Shown: one piece after another, positions 35,321-50,170 of the stretch
Layout: every line of letters starts with the position of its first letter
Position numbering within the stretch: position 1 is the first letter of the stretch
DNA from: the human T2T-CHM13v2.0 reference genome, Homo sapiens
Length of the DNA stretch: 64,000 bases
Direction: 5' to 3' (one strand)
Assembly (NCBI RefSeq): GCF_009914755.1
Contig: NC_060925.1
Made by a program: the position numbers and the translations under genes
Notes under the pieces: generated by a model
Databases searched by the model: none
The model's input: only the letters and a program-made list of their open reading frames with translations
What the model was told of the DNA's origin: nothing

Positions 35321-38300
35321 AAACACAAATGAAATAATAACTTTTGTCAAGTATAGAAAAGGTATTTTGACTACAAAATTATGGGACACTGAGGAAATCT
35401 GGAAAGAAGCAACATGATGAAGGCAGGAGATTAGGAGGGAACTTCCACCAGCTAATAGTGGTTGAGAATTCCATGAAGGAGTAAGGTGTGTAGTAAATAA
35501 ATCATAGACTGTTAATTCTGAGGGTAAACAACTTTTACATAAACTGATCATTTGTTTAAAAAGTCCAACTCAAGAGTAGTTCATTGCTTTTCAATATTTT
35601 CACTGATCAGTAACAAAATTATCTGTGGCATAATCAGTAATAATTACTGATGGACCAAAGACCACCCACCCAATGAATCTTATTATCTCAAATATTTTGG
35701 CAGTTTCATTCTCAGTGATTTTATGATTTCTTGGAATTTTTTCCTTCAAGTTACAAATGTGTTTTGTTTCCTTCTATTTTCAATTTTTATTAATTTTGGT
35801 ATAGAACATTAATTTCCATATAAAAATGTAGAATTTTTCTGAATTCCACAGTTAATTTCTCAGGAGGAAGGAAACTGTTAACATAAGGTTAACCAATAAT
35901 CATTTCTACACCTGACAAACTTACTCCACATCAGAACTTTAGTTCACTAATATCTGCATTTATGCTCATTAACACAGTTCACTAGAGATTTATGTTTATG
36001 GGTTTTCACTGTCATTGAAATGTGTTATTCTTTCCATTCCTTGCATATTGATACTCATCAGACCTATGGTTTATCTAATTTGAGTTGAGTGAAGCAGAAC
36101 TAGATTAAGTCCAGAGGGAATTAGAATTAATAAGGACAAAAACCTTGTGTTCAAATATTTTTTTTTAAAAAAGCATGACATAGAATATAAGTATTGCATA
36201 CTGCTCAGTTCAAACCACTTTGAGGGGAAAAAATAACTTTGAATCTTTGGTAGAAAAACGGATCTCTTTATCTTTGTTGACATAATAAACATTGATAAAA
36301 TATGGCTGATTTTTGTTTCTATTTCCTTTTGCGTTCTTCAACTCTGGGTTCTTTCTTTCCCTAGTTTGTAGATGTAGTTCTTAAATGTTCCCCATTTCTT
36401 TCTGATACTTTTTGTTTACCTTCAATTTTCTATCTTTTTCCCCTTCCTGTTTCCTCTGCTCTCCTCCTTTTTTCTTTTCTCTCTTTCCACCTTACAACGT
36501 TGTTTAAGCATGTTGTAAACTTATTCATTCCCCAAAGGCAAAAACAGCTATCTGAGCAACACTTTGTCAGCATAATACATTTACAGAATGCATATTTATG
36601 AACCTTTGAGCTTTTATTGTTGCAGAGGGCAAATAAAAAACATGAAAAGTAGCAATATAGTGTTTCAAAGGTCCCTCAAGGAAAACAAAAGTAGCTGGAA
36701 ATAAATTTGGAAAAAGGTTCTTCTGTAAAAACAAAACCTTGAATTTGTACATGCAAAAGGTTGAATAGTAGAAACCATTTTTGCTCTTCCTCCTAAACTA
36801 AGACTTAGGAAATTTTAAACTTTTTAATAGGTCTAGCCTCTTAAAGTCTGGAAAATAATAATTTTAAAAGGGGATTGGATATAAATGTTTATAATCCACA
36901 GAATCTTAAAACAGCATGTTGCATTTGGCTGTAATAAAAAAAAAGAGGAAGGAGGGAGACTTAAATTGAAAAGCCCATCTTACTTCCAATTACAAGTTTG
37001 GCTTCCAGCATGGAGTCTTATACTAAATGAGCCAGATTAAAGAGTTCAGGACTGGAAATGAAACTCTAATAAAATGTCTTTTGAAAGGCTTATTTTAATT
37101 GATGTTAGCAAATTTAATTTCTCATAATTAAATTCTCATTGTATTCCATAGCTCTCTAAAATGAATAGTTGATTAATATTTAATGCTTGGTGGGGAAGTG
37201 GCCAAATACACCACTGTCCAGACAGAATGGGGTAACCCAGAGCAAAAGAGAAGCCTAGAGGTGAGAATTCTGAAGCATTTTGAGGGAAACCTGTGAGCCT
37301 CAAATCTTCATATGTACATGAAGGGCCAGGGGTGTGGTTTTTTCAGGGTCATCTTTGTCCTTCAATATATTCCATTTATCAATGCTGTCAGTTTCAAGCT
37401 CTCAGTAAACAAATAGCGTATCTCCAAGGTCTGTATCTAAAAAGCATCAAAATGGACCTTCCAACTTTGAAGTTCTGCAGTTTGCACAGTTAGGAATGGA
37501 AGATTATCTGTAACCATTACCCTAAAATCAACCTTTAATCACTGGGCAGTTTCTGGCAATGAGCTGAGCCTAAATCAGGGAGTTTCAAACAGAATAAATT
37601 GAAATTAAGCTCCAAATCCTATTTGCAGTGGAAAGCAGTGGATTTCTTAGACTGAGAACTATTGTAGTATTCAATTTCCATTGAAGAATGTGTGCTAGAG
37701 AGTGGTACATCCCTAAAGATCCTATTCATCCTGTCATGTACACTTTAGATGTAAGTCCATAATAACACTTAGAAATTTCTTCTGTAGAGAGAAAAGAAGC
37801 CCTAGTCCCCAGCTTATTCCACATTTCTCTTCAACAATAGAGTTTTCTTGGCTCCACTGAATTTCAATCAAGTTATTGCCTTCCATTCTTAAGAAACTCC
37901 ATCCAGTTACAATGTGAAAATCCAAATCACAATGGAACCAAGCCAGGTAACAATGAACTTTTGATGAATTCTTAAGTTTTCCAGGGAAAGTTGCATTCCA
38001 CCTCTCTGACTTTATTAGTGAGAAAATCAGGTATTGGCAATGAATCATGAGGTTTCTATGAAACACTAATTGGGAGAAGAATGATAAGTACCAGAGAGCA
38101 GAAAGAGGTCTATTTCATTTATCATTGTGTATCTAGTGTCTACAAATGATAGTTGGTAGATGATGGATATTTGGCTATATTAATGAACGTAAATAGAACT
38201 GTGGTCTTTATGCATTGCCCTCCTGATTACCACTTGACTGTCTCTACTGCACATACAATGTTTATTCTGCTGGGGTGCCAAATAACTGTCTGTTTATTTC

Positions 38301-38689
38301 ATTGAGCAGAACAAATAATTTGATTTTTATGTTTTTGACATTAAGACATGTTACATTTCCTTTTTCTCTCAATTTTGTCTGCTTCTTCCACTTTTTAAAT
38401 TAACCTCCATTGCACCAATTCAGGTTCTTTGTGGGATATTAATAATCCTAACACTGCCTCCAGAAAAGCACACACACTAGGCCATTGCACATAAATATTT
38501 ATAGCATCCCCATCATGTAAAAAACAAATTTAGGAAAAGATTTTAAATAGCAATAATTAAATGATATTATTAAGTACCATGTAATATGTTAACTGTTTGT
38601 AGTGCTATTCGTTATAGGGAGACCCTAGAACTAATAGTGCATGGAAGAAAGAAAGAAACCATGATTTAAATAAGAGTTACTTAGAAATT

Positions 38690-39130
38690 CTTTTACTTAA
38701 GTGTCTCCTTATCTACACTGGTTAAAATACAGTATCCTTAGAATGACATATGAAGTCCTGCTTATATCTCTAGCTTTTTCAACAATTTATTTCGTACACA
38801 TACTATCCGTGTACCTACTGAACTACTCTCATTTTTCTGGGTACTAAAATTGTTTATTGCCTTCATTACTTTGTATAAGTTTTGTGTACCCAGTAAGCTC
38901 CTACTCATCTCTCAGGATTGACTCATGTTCTCTCTAGGAATCTAATCTAACACCATGCCCTGCAGAGGCTGAGCTAACAGCTCTCTTTGTTACATCACTC
39001 CTTTGTTGTAATTACAGATTTTTGAGTGTTTTGAAAAAAATGACTGTGTATTGTTCATTTTTATATCACTGGGGTCTAGCACAATATCTGTCATATAAAA
39101 CCCGCTTAAAATATGTATAGAATAAATGAA
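38690..39130 (+). mobile_element. L2 fragment
   Basis: actcctactc-like segment, tctctaggaa, ttgttcatttttatatc...tctagcacaatatctgtcatat...gaataaatgaa terminus. Confidence 0.6.
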
Positions 39131-39492
39131 TATATGGATGGAAGGGTAAATTAATTAATGATTAAGGACCCAGTGGCATATTGTCACTAGGGTGAGAGAT
39201 TATAATATTTGATCATGATGAATATATAAGACAAGCAAAGTTAGAGATAGCTGGAAATGCATGGTTTTATCTTCTCTGGCATATACCCTATGTGTGCCTT
39301 TCACCTTTTTTCTTTGGCCTCACACATGTCACCATATCTTTGCATGAAGTTTCTCTCCCTTTTATTTATAAATATTGCTAAATCAATTTTTGAAATCATC
39401 AGTTGGTTAGCATTTCAGAGAGAATATTCATCAACACTGATGGTTACCATTTTCCAGAGATAATAAAGTATACCATTTTCTTTCAAACCCCA

Positions 39493-39994
39493 GGTGGTGA
39501 ATTAAAGGGGGCCACACATTCTTTCTAGCTCTTCTCATCTAGAGATAAGGTCTATTTCCCACCTCCTTGAATATGAGCTGAATTTTTAACTTGCATTAAC
39601 TAGTAGGAGGTAGTGAAAGAGGATGTACCAGTTCTGTGTCTAGGCTTTCAGAAGCCTGACAGCTTCCAGATGCATTCTCTTGGAATCCTAGGCTACTATG
39701 TAAAGAGTTCTGACTACCCTGCTTGAGAGCCCATGTGGATAGAGAGAGGTTGTCAGCACATTCTCAGCAGTTTGAGCCATCTGGGTAAAGTGATAGACAT
39801 GTGAATGAAACCATTTTGGATTTCCAGGCACAGTCAGTAATCCCAGATGACTGCAGCCACATGAGTGATGCCAAGTGAGACTAGAAGAACCACCCAGCTG
39901 AGCCCAGCCTAGATTGCAGAATAAATGTGGTGCTAAACCACTGAGTTTTGAGATAGTGTATCACACAGCAGCATATATTCCAGATAACTGGAAC
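39493..39994 (+). mobile_element. MLT1 LTR (MLT1H-like)
   Basis: ctccttgaat...gacatgtgaatgaaaccatttt...gaagaaccacccagctgagcccagc...taaaccactgagtttt...agataactggaaca. Confidence 0.8.
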
Positions 39995-40691
39995 ATTGAA
40001 GAACCCATTTGTGAATACTTAAGCTAGCCTTAAAATGATGTCCTAAATGACATATTCCTCAGCAATGAGTTTGCTAACACCAAATGCCTGTGAAATAGTC
40101 ATTATAATTAAAAATCCTATTATCAGACACATTTCAGAGTTTGGTCTTACATGCCTGGAGATGTGTTCTTTTTTCCCCACTGCTCTACTCAGCAGCCCTC
40201 TTTTAAGGTTGTGTCAATGCTTCAAACATAATGTTTTTCTGAGATTTATAACTTAGCCATAAGACTTTGACCTAGGCTGCACTTTGGTATTTTAAGTGTC
40301 AGAAGGGGACATTTTTATGTTTATCTTTTAATGGGCTCAGAGAAGTGTGCAGTAACCTTATGTCTTTTTCAATGTGCACTTTGTCAGTAGAGCAGCTTTC
40401 AATGTCTGAGGGCATGTCAAAACATCTGAGTTTTATAGATCATGGATCTATTTGTTAGCCACTCAACTTTTCCATGATAGTTCAGCTCATACCATCTGGT
40501 AGATTAAGTTGGACATTTTGATGAAGAAGCAAGTTACAATTGATATGATTTTCCAAAGTTAGTGTGCAATGTCTTCTAAATAACTACCTTAAAAGTGGCT
40601 TCACATTTCTTGGTCTGCATCCATCCCAGGGGAATAAAATGTTTTAGTTGATTGAGAAAGATTTCATATAAAAAACTTAGGCAGAGGGAAA

Positions 40692-41630
40692 TGTGCTATG
40701 AGGTCTTCTGACAAAGGGAAGGGTAGGACATCTTTCCCTCTACCTGCCTACCACAGTTAGGGAGGGAACTTCAATGGGACACTTGGAGAGTGTGGGATGT
40801 ATTCCCTGCAGTCACTGGGGACAGTGGAGCCTGACTCGTGTTAGGGCCTGTGACCACAGAGTGAGGGCTACTTCTGAGAGTGTCCAACACAACCTTCTAA
40901 TAGCAAGTTACATGTGAGAATGTCAGGGACTAGATGCAAAACTCAGCTAGATTGTCAGTCCGTTTTGAAGGAGATCCTGCCCAGTAGGGAAGATTTCTAG
41001 GTGCTGGTCTTCAGAAGTAAGGGATGAGGGTGTCTCAGTAGGGGATGAAACAGAGTGAATGTCAGGAGCAAGCACTTGAAAGAGTCACTGTGCTCTGCCT
41101 GCACCAGGGGCTTGGGCTTCAGGGAAACTAAAAGAACTTGGGAGCACCTGGCAGAGAAAGTCAACTGTGAAAGCTGTAGCTCAAGAGCACGAAAAGGCAA
41201 GCTCTAACAGTCCCAGTCAGGTTAGAGGTGTCTTTACTTTTCCTACTTTCCCTTCCTCCACCCCTGGCTGGGACAAAAACAGCTGTCAGTTGGGATGAAG
41301 TGAGAAGAAAGAGGGAAATCGTATCTTTTTCCTCATGGAAATGACAAGCCCACAGCAGGCCCCAGCTGAAAAGAGAAAAAAATTTTATTTAAATCAAGTA
41401 TAAAGTTTTGCTTATTACTAGAGCATGGACACTTTTTCTTGATTTTTGACTTACGGTGACTATCAGATGTTCTGTTACCCAAGACGAGTCAGAAAAGCCA
41501 TGAGAATCAGAGCAGAGGAGAGACTGTTTCCACTAAATACATTTTAAAGGAGTAGGGGGAGACAAAATAAAATTGCATTGTGATTACATTCCAAGTAATC
41601 AGATATATCGTAATCCAATACATTGATTAC
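40692..41630 (+). mobile_element. Ancient LTR, LTR78-like
   Basis: Purine-rich body ending gggagacaaaataaaattgc..tgattaca...gattaca; family from memory only. Confidence 0.45.
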
Positions 41631-42859
41631 ATCACCCAATTGGTTCTTTTTAAGATTTACTAGTTTCAAGTATTTAAAATGTAATTAAAATATTTTCTTA
41701 TATCCTTTCACAGAAACATAACCTCATTTATTCCCTACATCTTTACTTTTCAAAAAAAAATACAATGAATGCAGGGAGGAGGACACACTGGAATTCATCT
41801 GAACAATATATTTTTTTAAACCTACTGTTATTTATTAATACTAAATAATATGCTAAAATATTTCCTGGAATAACTTTGATAAAAAGTTATTTAGATAGAT
41901 TTTTAACAAAATCTATCATGATCTCATGTCCTGACTTCTTATTTGATATGATTTATTGGTACATTATCATCAGTGATGAATTCTACTTTTATGTATTTTA
42001 CATCATAAACTGGTAAACTGTATATAGACTATAGAGACAAGAGAAGCTCATTATCTTTTCAAGAAAATTAGTAGTGATTATCTATTGATCTTGTAATAAA
42101 ATGTGACTGTAATAGTAAAACTTCATGAGTACACACATTTTCTGTGCAAATATGAAGTAATACAATCAAGAACGGCTGTTTGATAAAATTCTTTAAATTT
42201 TCTATATAAACATGACAAATAATATTTTTTAATAATATTTTTTCTCTAAGAATTTCTAACTTCTTACTCAAGACATATTATTTTTACTTACAGGAAGAAG
42301 AAAAGAGTTATAGCAAGGCTAACTGACTTGCCTAAGGTTAGATACCAAATCAATGAAAGGAAACCCATAATCCCTACCTGAAAGCCTCAAACCACCAGAC
42401 TAAATGCAAGGTCTGGATAAAACATAAGGGAGTAATACAGCATTTAGGGAAAATGAGGAAGGAGGTATATACCCCATGGGTGAACTGTTAGGTCTTTTCT
42501 ATTTCTTGTTTTTCAGCGTATTTGAGTCTTTATGGAGCTCTAAAAATAGATATATCCGATATGTATCTAATAAAAGAGTCCCTGGTTACACATTTTGGCA
42601 TACCATGCCTTGCTTACAGTGTCTATAATTGAGAGCACAGAACCTATCCTGAATTTTGCCAACAGAAGTAAAGGAAATAAAAACCCCTCTTAGTAGTAAA
42701 ACACAGATTGATGTCACAAAAAGGAGGTTTCAAAATAAATAGAAAATATGCAGAAAAATGGAAGTAATGAGGAAAATAGTTCTCAAAACTAGCTTTTAAA
42801 ACACCATCAGCAAAGTTGTCTGTGGTGAGGCAGAAAAAACACTTGGGTCCTAATCCTGA

Positions 42860-43436
42860 TGCTTTAGTCATCTATAGATGCTTAACAAATTACTGTAAAG
42901 TGAAGTGACTTAAAATATTTATGATCTCACAGTTTCTGTCAGTCAGGAATTCATACATAGCTTAACAGAGTTCTTGTTCTCATGGTCTTTCAAGAAATTG
43001 TAGTCCAAGTGTTGGTTAGGGTGATGGTCTCATCTGAAAGATTGACTGAGGGAGGATCTGCTTCCAAACTCACTCATGCGATTGTTAGCAACTCTCAATT
43101 TCTTGCAGGCTGTTGAATTGAAGGCCTCAGTTTCTCACTGGCTGTTGTACAGAGGCCTCTATCAGTTGCTTTCCATATAGGTCTCTCCATAGGGAACTCA
43201 CAACATGGCAGCTGGCTTCCATCAGAGTCAGGTGACAGAACAAGAGAGGTGAGCAAGAGAGAATGAGTAAGATAGAAGACAATATTTTGGCAGCCTAATC
43301 TCAGTAGGGACATCCCCTCACTTTTACAGTATTTTATTGTTAGAAACAAATTACTAGGTTCAGGCCATACCTGGGAGGAGATCACACAAGGGCATGAATA
43401 CCAGAAGGCAAGGACCTTAGAGAGCTGCCTACCACA
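42860..43436 (-). mobile_element. MLT1F-like LTR inserted in a MIR
   Basis: ggaggatctgcttccaaactcactca...cacaacatggcagctggcttccatcagag...caagggcatgaataccag...ctgcctaccaca; TSD cctga/cctaa; MIR resumes at 43437-43545. Confidence 0.85.
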
Positions 43437-44474
43437 CCTAATCCTGCAAACTAATGAGTTACATAAGTTTAGGCAAGTCACTTCATACAATAATTTTAGC
43501 TTCTCCCTCTATAAAATGAGGGGTTTGGACTAGGTAATTCCTGAATTTATTTCTAATTTTTTAGTTCCATTGTTCTGATTTGCAGTTTAGTAAAATATCA
43601 GTTATATATTGAGGACCAACTACATGGTAGGCATCATGCTGGATCCTGTGAAATTAGTCATTGCTTCTGCCCTCAAGTAACCCAGAACCACTTAACATGG
43701 TACCCTTCCTCAGCATACTGGGGATATTGAGTCTGCATTTTAAATTTAATCACAAGCTCTCGATCCAGCATATGTTCTGGGACATTTGGCTTCATTCAGA
43801 AACACTTTGTTGCAGCAGTATGAGACAGATTTTATAACTGATAATAAGCAGAACAGGGATCAAATAATTCAGGTGTGTCTTACTTTCTGGAGTAAGTACA
43901 TTTCTGATAATATTGAATGGACAAAATTAGTTATTCAAGCTAGAAATTTATTAATACTGAAAATGCTATGCTCTAACTTTTAAGGAAGTTAAAAGTTACT
44001 CTTTTTTAAAAAAAATAAAGACAGTGAATACATCTGTGGAGTGAATTTTGTACATAAATACCACTTATGTGTGGGTGCACGGTTTTTAAAAAAATAGACA
44101 GTTTCATTTTCTGTGTATACTTAAAGGAGAGAAACAAAGAACAAGAGACAAAATTATTCTGTGGAAGACTCTAATGTGGAGAGAAAATTTCTGGGGTCTA
44201 TCCTTTTAAAATTTCTATAACTGTTTTTTACTCTTACTTCATCTTTCTGAGCTGAACGTCAGCCACTTTTATCTCTTTAGTTTTTTTTTTTCCTTATTCA
44301 AACATAAAAGCTCCCACTTCCAAGAACTACAGACTTATTTCTTCGGACCATCTCGGCATTCATGGCTACTGATTAGATTGTCATGATACACTTGGTCCAG
44401 AGATTGCCGGAGAGAAAAGTACAGTCTGAGAAGCTATAGAAGTAGTGGAAGCTTGCTGAAATGGAACCCAGGCA

Positions 44475-44680
44475 ACAATAATAGACATTCATTAAGGATG
44501 TGCTGTGTGCCACACATTATACATGCATCATCTCACTTATTTCTCATAAAATAATCCAATAAGTAGCTACTAATATTATTCACATTTTACAGAAGGGAAA
44601 ATGCAAACTTAGATTAAGTGCTTTGCTCCTTAGTGACTGACCCAGATTTGGAAACGAAGGTCTGAATCCAAAGCTTTGCC
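44475..44680 (-). mobile_element. MIR SINE
   Basis: ctgtgtgccac...catcatctcacttatttctcataa...cattttacagaagggaaa. Confidence 0.7.
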
Positions 44681-44880
44681 CAATACTGAAATGACAGACT
44701 TTCAGTCAAAACACTCATTAAAGACATGAAGTATTTGGTGATAACTCTGCTTTCCTCCTCCCAGACTTTTGGTAAGCATTGTATCTAAAACTTATCTGTA
44801 TCTCTATTGTTGAAAACTTGAAGCATTTATTGAACCCCTGTTATGCATCATTACATTATTTTGCTCTAATCCTAGAGGAA

Positions 44881-45075
44881 TTCATTCATTCATTTGACAG
44901 GTATTTACTGAGTGCCTGCAATGGGCCAGACACTGTGGCAAGCACTGAGGATATAAAGTGAAGAAGGTAGACATAGTTCCTGCTTGGGGTGCAAATAGAG
45001 AAGTGAACAGGCATTTGTAATACTGTGTGATAAATGCTATGATCAGCAAGGCCTGAATGCCTAGGAAACATGGAA
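44881..45075 (-). mobile_element. L2 3' end
   Basis: ttcattcattcatttgacaggtatttactgagtgcctgcaatgggccagacactgtg. Confidence 0.8.
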
Positions 45076-45134
45076 GAAAAAAGTGCCACATTGGGAAGTA
45101 AGAAAGGCCATTAAAAAAAAAATCATGTTTGGTT

Positions 45135-45160
45135 TTGTTGTTGTTGTTGTTGTTGTTGTT
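45135..45160. repeat. (TTG)n microsatellite
   Basis: About 8 TTG units. Confidence 0.9.
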
Positions 45161-48100
45161 TTTTGCACATCTGCAGATGCAAATTATCTGACCTGGTTTC
45201 CTTTGCATGGTGGGTATATTAGGTTGCAATATCAGAATACCTAATGCAAATCTTTAAGAATTGATCCAATAAGGCCAGATGCCACTTGTTGAAGTTGTGT
45301 GGTCATTTATTCCGTACATCTGGGACAAGAGCCTTCATTTTATTTTTTTTCCTTTGGAGAATGATAGAAATTATATCTACTCTGGATAATTGTCAAAGCA
45401 CATAGATTTTCTTTTAATTGGCACAGAAAATGCCTATACTTCAGATTTCACCTAGGGAATGTAACTTTGTGCTGTCTCTTTCCTGTTTTTAAGACATTTG
45501 TTTGTGAGATTATAAGCGTTTCCTAAAAGATATACAATCTATTAATTCTTGATAGTTGACAATTAATTTTTAAGTCAATCCAATTAATAACAAAGTTACT
45601 ACTAGGATGATATAAACTTGCACTTTGACATTGTAACATTGGCTCTTGTTGAAAATGTTGACATAATGGGACTTTTGTGACATTATGATTTTACTATGTC
45701 CCATAATGTCCCTTTATGAGGATCAGGGAAGGAATATTTTTTGGAATTTGGAAAATATATCCTCCTGAATAGCTGGGTAAATTTCAGCTGATGCAACTTT
45801 GCTTTGGATGCTAGGAAGCTCAGAGTCAAATTCACAGTATGGTTCTCAAAACTACATAAGACCTTCCATGATTCACAGCATGCATTACTCTTGATACTGG
45901 TTTCATCTTATTTTTCTTTCATTTTCTGTTTATCCAACTTTGTAAAATTATTTTTTTCAGCCTGTTTCATTTTTAAATTATATCTTCTTTGAAAAAATGT
46001 GAATCAACTCATGAGAATGATTGAACATTTAAATTTTGGAGACAATTTCCTGATTTTTTTAATATGTGCAAAACTTGCAATGCTTTAAGTTTGTTACAGG
46101 CATTCATAATGAATTTTCATTTACTATCCGAAATGACACGATCTTCCATAGTAATGCAAAGGGAGAGTGTACAGAGTTATCCCAAATTACAAGCAGTTCA
46201 AAAATAATTTATTTTTATTTGGCTTGAAATAAAATTTGACATTTACTTATGACTATGACATCTGAGTTCTCATTTAAAAATTTTCAGAAAACAACCTTTA
46301 AGTCAGTATGCAACCCTGGCTTAGGAGGACCTGCAAAATTATTCCAGTAATTTCTATTGCCCTTTGCTTAGCACTCTATCATTTTTCCTTCAAAAGAGAG
46401 GAGTGGCCTATTATTTTAATCTGATGTAGAAGAGTAGCCTAAACTAAACTGCTGTCTTCTCTCTTTTTTTTTTCTCTTTCTCTCTACTTATTATTGGTGT
46501 GGTTTAAATCATTTCCTGCTTTATCAGAGAATATTTTGGCTTCAAGTTCTTGCTGAACTGCAAATTGCTTGCAGCAATCAAAGTTAAAAAGGAAAGTATC
46601 AACAAAGAACAAGCTTACTTAATTACACCAATGAGAACTTGAAAGTATCAAATTCAGTTTTAAAAGGTATATAAGCAGAAAAATTATTTCTCCAGAGTGA
46701 TTATATTATATTTGCTGTGTGTGTGTACTGTTATGTATATTTAGCAGTTTTCTTCCCATGTCATCCAAATGTTTTTAGATATCAAAATGGAAGTAGAATA
46801 TAATATCCATGGCTGTGTGACCAATAAATTGTATACACAGCATGTTTTCTCTCTATTTTCAAATTGCTTTAGTTTATTTACCTTTTTTCACACAGAGTTC
46901 ATATATTATAAATCACAAGGATGTTTCAGGGCATGACAGACCCTCGTTCCTGAATAGAATGGTCTCTCATGCATAACTTTCTTTGATCAACCATTCAAGC
47001 CAAATGAGTTTAGGGTGAAAAGAACATGGAACATATTTAAACCAGAGAAGACAACAGCATATGGACTGTCATTTAGATTAAAAGATATCTATTGTTAGCC
47101 TGGTGCTTTGTTTCTACTCTTTATGAAAACAAATGGATTTCTCAGTAGTACATTCCCTAATAGATTTTAAATCTTGTAAGACTCAGTCATTCTTGTGGCT
47201 CACAAAAATAATGTTTTGACCTGGTTTTTAAAAAGATAATGGTAAAGACTCTGAATTGCTTTTTTATTTAGTCCTTGGCAAATAAACCAAATTGATATCC
47301 ATCTATAATTCTAACTCAAAGGGTGAATTTGTTTTGATGGGACCATCTTTGGTAAGATAAGTGAAAATTCATCTACAAAGAAATCTTTGTCTGGATATGA
47401 TGAACTCTACTTTTATAAAAATATTATGAATAATCAAATCATTGATGCTTGAAAATTAATTTCAGCTTGAAATAGAGTGCTCTACCTTCATGTTATTAGA
47501 ATATACTTTCAAAGGCTAAACCAAACTCTAAAATAAATATAAGTATTCTAGATCGATCTGATATTTTTATGCTTTTGAGAAGAGATTTATTTTTACTTCA
47601 TCACCAACTGCATAATGCTTTTGATTTATCCAATAAATAAGTCTTTTTGCTAGTGAGTCTTTTTGCTAGTAAAGATAGTTGATGTAATGTTTACCAGATT
47701 CCCATTAGCCTAAACCTAAATGGCATCTCCTGTGTGTTTTCAGTACATTTAATATGAGTTTTGGCCAGAATTTTATTGGAATGTCTACGGTTTGGTTATA
47801 TATTGGCATGATAAAACAGACATTTTCTGTTTGAGTACATGATCCTCATTTAAAAAAACCACCTAATTATGTAATTACATGGAGAGTTTTGGAATAATTC
47901 CAACTTTTAAGATAAATAATATAGTATACATGTTTAACAAGGGTGGTGGTGCTAATTACATATTTATTAGAGAGGCAACGTTTTATTTACAATTAATCTG
48001 TTGGGCACCTTAGATAAAATGTTTTTTTGTTAAATAAGCTTCAAGAGTTGAAAATGAAGATAATTCTTAACTTGAATAATAAGTATCAAATGAAGACTGT

Positions 48101-48593
48101 GTCATTTCAGGAATATTAAAGCTAATTCTCTTGCAAATAGAAAGCTATGATTTAATCTGTTTGAAATAATTCTACTGCTCTAATACATTCAAGATCCAAA
48201 AATATTTGAATGCTTTATTGTCACAAAACTATTTCTTCAGTTTTAGTTATAAATTCTATTGAAGGACAAAGCTGCTTTCACCATACCTTTAATATATTTT
48301 ATTAAATATGTTTACATTTAAATTTATTTATACTTTTTGATCAATACATGTGTGAATTATAGGATCCTTAATTTAAAAATATTTTATGTGGCTCTACAAG
48401 CAGCGCTTTGTTATTTCCAGTGATTCACTTATATCGTGGTGAGTTCTGAATGTTCTTATGCATAAATATTTACCAAAATAGGTTGAGACTATAGCAAACT
48501 CCTAATCATTCAGAAATTGATTTTCCTGGTTTTGGATTCTTAAAATCCTTTGGGCTAACTTCTCATCTCTCTTGATGGCTGCTTTTAAGCTGT

Positions 48594-49060
48594 CCATGTA
48601 TCCATCCATACATTTGATCATTCCTTCTACATTTACAGTGTACCTATTGTGTGCTAGGTACTATACCATGCTGCAGATACATTGGTGCCCAAGGTAGAAT
48701 TATTTCCTCTCTCATGGTTCTTTTGTCTAGACACATGCATTAAATAAGCAATTATGTAAAGTTATGTGATCACCATTGGGGTAGATGGGGCAGAATGCTC
48801 TAAAAAACATTTAATGGGAGGAACTAGCTATCCAGGGGGAAATGTAGAGATGGGGTCAGAAGAGAATCCTAGAAGACCGGTGTTGAAGTTTAGACCTGAA
48901 GGAAGCTAGGAGTTGGCCCAGAGAAGATGGATAAAAGGTTGGCAGAAGAGCATTCCTGATAGAGGGAACAGTATGTGTCAAGGTCCAGAAATGGAAATAA
49001 AAATTGAAATTGATGTACAGAACATACTAGAATGGGGAGAGTAGCTGGAGATGAAGCCAA
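48594..49060 (-). mobile_element. L2 fragment
   Basis: catttacagtgtacctattgtgtgctaggtact...agacctgaaggaagctaggagttggcc...gcattcctgatagagggaacagtatgtg. Confidence 0.75.
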
Positions 49061-49789
49061 AAAGCTTGATAGTGGCTATCAAGCCAGAGAGACAAGGAAT
49101 GATGGTGACTTCGAGTGTCTGTTTGTTGTATTTCTTACAGCAGCTCTTTCAGAAAGCTTGGAGGAGAGGGAAGGAAGAAAACATTGAGGTCAAGAACTTT
49201 ACTAAGTATTTTCATAAGTGTGAGACAACTGTTTCAAACTTTTACCTTATCCTCCAATGGCAATGGAATTTCAGCCCCTCCAGTATAAGTCTCCTTCTCC
49301 CAACTCACTATCTTGTGCGGATGTCTCTGTCAGAGGAAGCTTTGAACAGTTGGCTCTAGAAATACCTGTAAATGGGTTGTGGTTGTCTCCATCACCTTCA
49401 CATTTGCCTGTCAACATCTCTCTCTCCTCTCTCAGTGCCCACCTCCAGGACCTGGTTTGCAGTACCCAGACCTCTATGGTCACCCACCTCAATGGCCCCA
49501 CATTCTCTTCCATTAATTCTTACTTCCTATGATGCACTATGTCAAAGACCTACTCTCACATGGTCAATAATGGCTTAAAGCAGCAATTATCAACTGTTGT
49601 TTGTTTCCAGGAGACATATACCCAGTGATGTTTGAATGAATGACATATACCTATGTATGTGTGCTAAGATATTTTTCATTCAGCACTGAGGCTGAAGTGA
49701 TGTAGGCTTCATGTTATGGTCAATGTCCAGTGTACTCACTATAACTCAGTCCTCTGCTTTCTACTCTTGCTTTATAGAATTTCTGTAAG

Positions 49790-50170
49790 TCTCTATGAAC
49801 ATCTAAAATGCACATACCCTTCTACCCAGCAATTCCATTTTTAAAAAAGTGTCTTTCAGAAATCTTTCTACATGTGCCCAAATATATGTGTGCTAGAATA
49901 TCAATTGCAACTTTTTTTGTAAGAGTAAAAAATCACAAACAAATGAAATGCCCACCAATAGGGGGCTGCACACCTTAAAACAAATTTGCTACCTATTTCA
50001 ATTCATAGAAAAATACTTTAGAGAATACGCTGTAATCTGTTGATAATAATTATCTCAGAAAATGCCTAAGGGTTGAGGGTGAAAAGATGATGAAGTAAAC
50101 TTGCATCCTTTATTCCATAGATTTCTGTATTTTTAAATCTCTTTTTCAGTGTGTATTTATTATTTTTGTA
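49790..50170 (+). mobile_element. Ancient L1M(E) fragment
   Basis: aaaatgcacatacccttctacccagcaattccattt...tttgtaagagtaaaaaat...aaatgcccaccaatagggg. Confidence 0.65.

Noticed and set aside
42540-42549. Perfect MEF2 consensus CTAAAAATAG
   Set aside because: A single AT-rich 10-mer without context is expected by chance
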